Positions 59,647 through 64,000 of a DNA stretch of 64,000 nucleotides are shown here, in pieces. The number at the start of each line of letters is the position of its first letter. The first letter of the stretch is position 1. Source of the DNA: Deltaproteobacteria bacterium (GTDB taxonomy: Bacteria; SAR324; JACQKK01); the NCBI GenBank assembly GCA_029858505.1, contig JAOUEW010000005.1:42880-106879 (forward strand). Reading direction: 5' to 3'. The notes beneath the pieces were generated by a model, which was not told where the DNA came from, made no database searches, and saw only the letters and a list, made by a program, of their open reading frames with translations. The translations under genes were made by a program, and so were the position numbers.

Positions 59647-60678
59647 TTACTTTCGCCAACTGCGCACCAGGGTGGTAAGGCCCTGGGCCTTCAGGCGGGC
59701 GGCGGCCCGCTGGGCTTCATCGGGGGAGTTGAAGGGCCCATGCACCACGGAATAATTGCCGCCGGGGGGGTTGTCTAGCCACAGGCGGGTATTCCCTGCC
59801 CGGGCCTGGGCGTTGGCCATTTTTACCCTGGCGGCGTCTGGGTCGGCGGCCCCGGCCACCTGCACCACAAACTGGGTATAGGCCCGCAGGCCCAGGCGGC
59901 GGTCTAGGCCGGGGGGCCAAGCCGTCACCTGAATGCGCACGGGGGTTGTGCCCCCGCCCACCATGCCCAGTCGGCGGGCCGCCGCCAGCGACAGGTCAAT
60001 CACCCGGCCCTTGGCATAGGGCCCCCGGTCGTTCACCCGCACTTCCACCACCCGCCCGTTCACCTGGTTCACCACCCGCACCCGGGTGCCCAGGGGCAGC
60101 ATGGGGTGGGCGGCTGTAAAGCCGTATTGATCGTAGGTCTCTCCGTTGGCGGTGGGCTTGCCGTGAAAATCTGGCCCATACCAAGAGGCCATGCCCTCCA
60201 GCCAGGGGCGCACGGGCGATAGATCCAACCCATCGCCGTCCTTCCCCTCCTGCCGGGGGGTGGGGTCCACCGCCCCCAGCAGCGTGGCTGGCACCGTCAC
60301 GCCTTCTTTGCCCACGGCTGGCTCGGCGTAGCCCTGGCCCCTGGCCTCGGCTGGCTGCCAACCCATGGGGGGAAGAGACACCGGCCCCTCGGCTATGTCT
60401 TCGTCTTCTGTGGAATCCTGTGGCAGGGCCCCGGCTGGCTGCGTGGCGGTTTGCTGCACGGGCGCTTGGGCGGCTGGCTGTGCGGTTTTAAGCGCACGGC
60501 CCCCACGGTGAACCGTGGAAGGAGCAGAGGCCGAACAGCCCGCCAGCACCAGCAGGGCCAGCACCACCGGTGCCAGGGCCGCCGATAGGGGTTTAAAACC
60601 CCGGCCGCCCGCCCCGCCCCCCTCCAGGCATTCAGGCACCCCGGCTTGGTTCGTTTGATTGGAAGAATTGGAGATCAT
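59647..60678 (-). CDS. rlpA: Septal ring lytic transglycosylase RlpA (lipoprotein, SPOR domain)
   Basis: LAGC lipobox, GMASWYG, TAAHPMLP, VRVNDRGP, IDLS; C-terminal SPOR-like domain; start uncertain. Confidence 0.93.
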   Translation of the reverse strand: MISNSSNQTNQAGVPECLEGGGAGGRGFKPLSAALAPVVLALLVLAGCSASAPSTVHRGGRALKTAQPAAQAPVQQTATQPAGALPQDSTEDEDIAEGPVSLPPMGWQPAEARGQGYAEPAVGKEGVTVPATLLGAVDPTPRQEGKDGDGLDLSPVRPWLEGMASWYGPDFHGKPTANGETYDQYGFTAAHPMLPLGTRVRVVNQVNGRVVEVRVNDRGPYAKGRVIDLSLAAARRLGMVGGGTTPVRIQVTAWPPGLDRRLGLRAYTQFVVQVAGAADPDAARVKMANAQARAGNTRLWLDNPPGGNYSVVHGPFNSPDEAQRAAARLKAQGLTTLVRSWRK

Positions 60679-60753
60679 GGTTGGGTTCGTTCATGCACAA
60701 ACCCGGCCACAATTTTAAGAACAGGGGAGTTTAAGAACAGGGGAGGTTAGCGG

Positions 60754-61059
60754 TTATAACTCATATACCCTCTGGGCCTCCCTCAGCACACGCTCCTTGG
60801 CCCGTTTGCCTAAAAACCCCGGCGTCCGCAAGTCCGTTTCCCGGTGAAACAGGTCTCCCAACTCATACCGCATTTCCGAAAGCCCAAACAGCCCCACCCG
60901 CGTGCCGGGCTCGAATTCCACCAGCACGTCCACGTCGCTGTCCGGGCCAAAGTCTTCCCGCAGCACGCTGCCGAACAGGCTCAGCTTGCGAATGTGGTGC
61001 TTGCGGCAGAACGCCGCGATGGCCTCGGTGGGGATGGGGATTTTGAGGGTGGGGGTCAT
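60754..61059 (-). CDS. Minimal nucleotidyltransferase (MNT antitoxin family)
   Basis: [20 protein letters not shown]; ATGA overlap with the upstream gene. Confidence 0.9.
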   Translation of the reverse strand: MTPTLKIPIPTEAIAAFCRKHHIRKLSLFGSVLREDFGPDSDVDVLVEFEPGTRVGLFGLSEMRYELGDLFHRETDLRTPGFLGKRAKERVLREAQRVYEL

Positions 61060-61544
61060 GGGGTTTCCCAAGGCTTATATTTTGCCATGAATTGAAAGGT
61101 TCTTAATAACGGCCACTTTTCTGGCACAGCATTATTCAATATATCCATTGGAGATATTTTTTCATAAATTTGACTGGCTAAGTCTGCACCTAACATGATT
61201 TTACCCCCACCAATTTCCGTGTGGTTTTTTTTGCTCCCAATTACAAAAACCGCAAACTGTTCTATCTCCCCTTCAATTTTTAGACCGGTAAAAAGGTTTG
61301 GGATATATTTTTTCCCCAGGTCAAACTTTTTTTTGTACCTTTCCTCACGCCTTTCCCAACTGTCTGCATCCATAGAAGGTTCTAGATGAACCAACTTTTT
61401 ATCTATGGGATGATAGGCAACGATATCCAATTCCATTTCATGGCCACCCTCCGCCCTTTTGCCTACCCGAATATTTTGCAACACAAAATATCCTTGAAAT
61501 TCATACCATTCCTTCAGTAATTGCTCTAAAAAGTTTTGCGCCAT
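61056..61544 (-). CDS. AT-rich PD-(D/E)XK-like nuclease-fold protein
   Basis: [15 protein letters not shown]...ELDIVA....LVHLE pattern; GAGGG RBS; low GC. Confidence 0.65.
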   Translation of the reverse strand: MAQNFLEQLLKEWYEFQGYFVLQNIRVGKRAEGGHEMELDIVAYHPIDKKLVHLEPSMDADSWERREERYKKKFDLGKKYIPNLFTGLKIEGEIEQFAVFVIGSKKNHTEIGGGKIMLGADLASQIYEKISPMDILNNAVPEKWPLLRTFQFMAKYKPWETP

Positions 61545-61630
61545 GGTTCCCTCCCTTTTATGATTGGTTTTTTTAAAACCCAAACATACCCCTACCACCC
61601 TCCCCTGCCAGCAACAAGTTTTTGCCGACG

Positions 61631-62611
61631 CTACTTCTCTCCCCTCAACTTCTTGGCCACCCGTTTGGCAAAATAGGTTAAGATCACATCGGCCCCTGCG
61701 CGGCGGATGCCGATGAGGGACTCCATCATCACCCGGTCTAAATCGAGCCAGCCTTTTTGGTGAGCGGCCCACATCATGGAATACTCCCCGCTGACCTGAT
61801 AGGCCGCCACGGGGATGTTGGTGGCGGCTTTCACCTGGTGGATGATGTCGAGGTAGGGCATGGCGGGCTTCACCATCACGATGTCGGCGGATTCGGCCAC
61901 GTCTTGCAGCACTTCCCGCAGGGCTTCCCTGGCGTTGGCGGGGTCCATTTGGTAGCCCGCGCGGTCGCCGAACTGGGGGGCGCTTTGGGCGGCCTCGCGG
62001 AAGGGGCCGTAGAAGCCGGAAGCGTATTTGGCCGAGTAGGCCATGATGGGCAGATGAGAAAACCCCCCGGCGTCCAGTTCTCGGCGGATGGCCGCCACCC
62101 GCCCGTCCATCATGTCGGAGGGGCTCACCATGTCTACCCCGGCTTTGGCGTGGGCCATGGCCATGGATGCCAGCACCGGCAGGGTTTCGTCGTTCAGAAT
62201 GGCGCCGTCTTTCACCAGCCCGCAATGGCCGTGCTCCAGCCAGTCGCACAGGCACACGTCGGTCATCACCAGCAGGCCCGGCACGGCTTTTTTCACGGCG
62301 CGGATGGCTTGGGGAATGAGCCCGTCCGGGTCGGCGGCCAGCTTGCCGGTGAGGTCTTTTTTGTCGGGCACCCCAAACAGGTTAATCATGGAAATACCCA
62401 GGTCGTGGGCTTGCTGGGCCTCCTTCACCAGTTCATCCACCGACAATTGAAACACCTCCGGCATGGAGCTCACGGGGTTTCGCACCCCCTTGCCTGGGGC
62501 CACGAACAGCGGGTAGATCAGGCTTTCCACCGGCAGGCGGGTTTCGGTCACCATGTGGCGCAGGGCGGGGCTGCCCCGCAGGCGCCGGGAGCGGGTTTGG
62601 GGGAAGGGCAT
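61631..62611 (-). CDS. hemB: Porphobilinogen synthase (Zn type)
   Basis: DVCLC..HGHCG, SPSDMMDGRV, YSAKY..FYGPFR, MVKP, YQVSGEY. Confidence 0.98.
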   Translation of the reverse strand: MPFPQTRSRRLRGSPALRHMVTETRLPVESLIYPLFVAPGKGVRNPVSSMPEVFQLSVDELVKEAQQAHDLGISMINLFGVPDKKDLTGKLAADPDGLIPQAIRAVKKAVPGLLVMTDVCLCDWLEHGHCGLVKDGAILNDETLPVLASMAMAHAKAGVDMVSPSDMMDGRVAAIRRELDAGGFSHLPIMAYSAKYASGFYGPFREAAQSAPQFGDRAGYQMDPANAREALREVLQDVAESADIVMVKPAMPYLDIIHQVKAATNIPVAAYQVSGEYSMMWAAHQKGWLDLDRVMMESLIGIRRAGADVILTYFAKRVAKKLRGEK

Positions 62612-62687
62612 GGGTTCTCCTTAGCATAACGGTGCCAGACGGAAGGTGAGATAAAAATCGGAAACCTTTACAAAAAACTGGGGCTGT

Positions 62688-63587
62688 CTAACTGGCCGGT
62701 TTGATGGTCACCCGCACCGGCTCGCCCCCCCGCAGGCCCTGGGCATCGCGCAGGCTTTCCGAGTACACCGCCAGCTCCAGCACGCCATCGCTGTTAAACA
62801 GGGCCCCCACGGTTTCTTCTGGGGGCAGCCAAGATTCTCCCGGTTTTTTGGCGGGGGGTTCAGAGAGTTCCGCCAGGGGGATGTCTTCATAGGTCTCGCA
62901 AAACACGGCTTCCACCACCCGGGTGCTTTCGCGCAGGCCCCACACGGCGGCCATGGGACCCAGTTCCACCCGCACCACCCGGTGGCCCTCCAGCATTTCA
63001 CGGCTGATGTTGGTGACGGCGTTGCCGAACCGGTCGAAGAACAACACCCGGCCCAGCACCTCTCCCCCGCGAATCCAGGGGGCTTCTTCCTCCAGGGGCA
63101 GCATGTCCTCCCCAGGTTCGCCCAGGGCGGCGGGGGATTCTCCCCGGGCCAGCCAGGCCGCCAGGGGAGAAAACAACGTCAGGCCGTCGAAGGTGGCACT
63201 TTTCTGGGGCTCATCCCAGCCCGAGGCCGCCAGAGATTCTGGCGTGATCCGCCAGATGCGTTGAATGCCCGCATCTTGGGCGGCCAAATGCAGCAAGCCG
63301 TTGTCCGGCCCCACCAGCCAGTTCCGGCGGGTTTGCACCACCAGGGCATCTCGGCTGGTGCCCACGCCGGGGTCCACCACCGCCAAGTGAATGGTCCCTT
63401 GAGGAAACTGAGCCGCCGCCCGGCGCAGGCACCAGGCCCCCTGCACCACCGACTGGGGGGGAATGTCGTGGGAGATATCCACCAGCCGGGCCTGGGGCAA
63501 CAGCGAGAGGATCCGGCCCTTCATGGCCCCCACATAGCCGTCCATGGTGCCAAAGTCGGTGGTGAGGGTAATGATGGGTGAGTCCAT
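62688..63587 (-). CDS. DUF62 / SAM hydrolase-halogenase family protein
   Basis: ITLTTDFG, VDISHDI, VVDPGVGTSR, GPDNGLL, DRFGNAVTNI, LELAV; start could be 63596. Confidence 0.9.
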   Translation of the reverse strand: MDSPIITLTTDFGTMDGYVGAMKGRILSLLPQARLVDISHDIPPQSVVQGAWCLRRAAAQFPQGTIHLAVVDPGVGTSRDALVVQTRRNWLVGPDNGLLHLAAQDAGIQRIWRITPESLAASGWDEPQKSATFDGLTLFSPLAAWLARGESPAALGEPGEDMLPLEEEAPWIRGGEVLGRVLFFDRFGNAVTNISREMLEGHRVVRVELGPMAAVWGLRESTRVVEAVFCETYEDIPLAELSEPPAKKPGESWLPPEETVGALFNSDGVLELAVYSESLRDAQGLRGGEPVRVTIKPAS

Positions 63588-63672
63588 GACGGCCATGCCC
63601 CCAAGAAGAGAGGATTTGTTGGATGTGGTATCCCTGCCCAATCCATTTGCGGGTCCCTGCCGACCCTTTGTC

Positions 63673-64000
63673 TTAACCACCGGTCGAATTCCCCGCCGGC
63701 TGCCCGGCAGATTCACCGGCATTGAGGGGCCGGGCCCACACCACCCCCTGGGCGGCATCGGCAAAATACGGGGCGAAACCCTCGGTGGGGGCAAACCCCA
63801 GGGCCTTCAAGAAATCTTTCCCGGCTTGGTTTTCGTTTTCCATGGGGGCATCCAGCCCCACAAAGTTATATCCACGGGCCACCCGCAGGGCGTGGTCCAT
63901 CAGCCGCCGGCCCAGCCCTTTGCGCCGGAAGGGGGGGTCCACCATCAGGGTCAGCACCGTCAGGCGGCGCTTCCAGGTGTCTCCCTTCACCATCAGGGCC
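63673..64000 (-). CDS. GNAT family acetyltransferase (5' part outside the window)
   Basis: LMVDPPFRRKGLGRRL, N..G..FLKALGF. Confidence 0.85.
   Translation of the reverse strand, partial: ALMVKGDTWKRRLTVLTLMVDPPFRRKGLGRRLMDHALRVARGYNFVGLDAPMENENQAGKDFLKALGFAPTEGFAPYFADAAQGVVWARPLNAGESAGQPAGNSTGG

Noticed and set aside
61056-62255. 399-aa ORF as a single gene
   Set aside because: The first 237 codons are an alternative frame over hemB and the spacer; the real start is ATG 61544 with its own RBS.

Overview
High-GC bacterial chromosomal window, mostly housekeeping genes; gene content and lineage-specific hypothetical proteins loosely suggest a deltaproteobacterial/SAR324-like Gram-negative (weak inference). 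Core content: a partial complex I operon (nuoABCD-H-I plus an MFS), a lone menC-like gene, three-gene transhydrogenase pntAA/AB/B, glgP, tsaE-B-D, yceD-rpmF-fabD-fabG-acpP-fabF-gcvH, lpxK, mltA, znuACB, mutS2-dut, gltBD, rlpA and hemB. No rRNA, tRNA, CRISPR array or intact transposase was seen. Four non-core signals stand out. (1) An AT-rich secreted-protein gene bracketed by two 236-bp copies of an Rhs-type pre-core segment (ending YFHHSDHLG), read as a collapsed polymorphic toxin-immunity cassette. (2) At least nine intergenic loci of one modular REP/REPIN-like repeat family, built from two double-hairpin heads and an ~84-bp linker with its own inverted ends. (3) Several antitoxin/immunity genes whose toxins are missing or truncated, including an MNT coupled to a PD-(D/E)XK-like nuclease. 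(4) Divergent enzymes or regulators: a DUF62 protein with an altered active-site motif, a membrane hydrolase with a catalytically stripped tandem paralog, an anti-TRAP-like zinc finger coupled to dut, and a large putative dual pseudo-receiver protein coupled to mutS2. All calls come from visual motif recognition; no database search was run.
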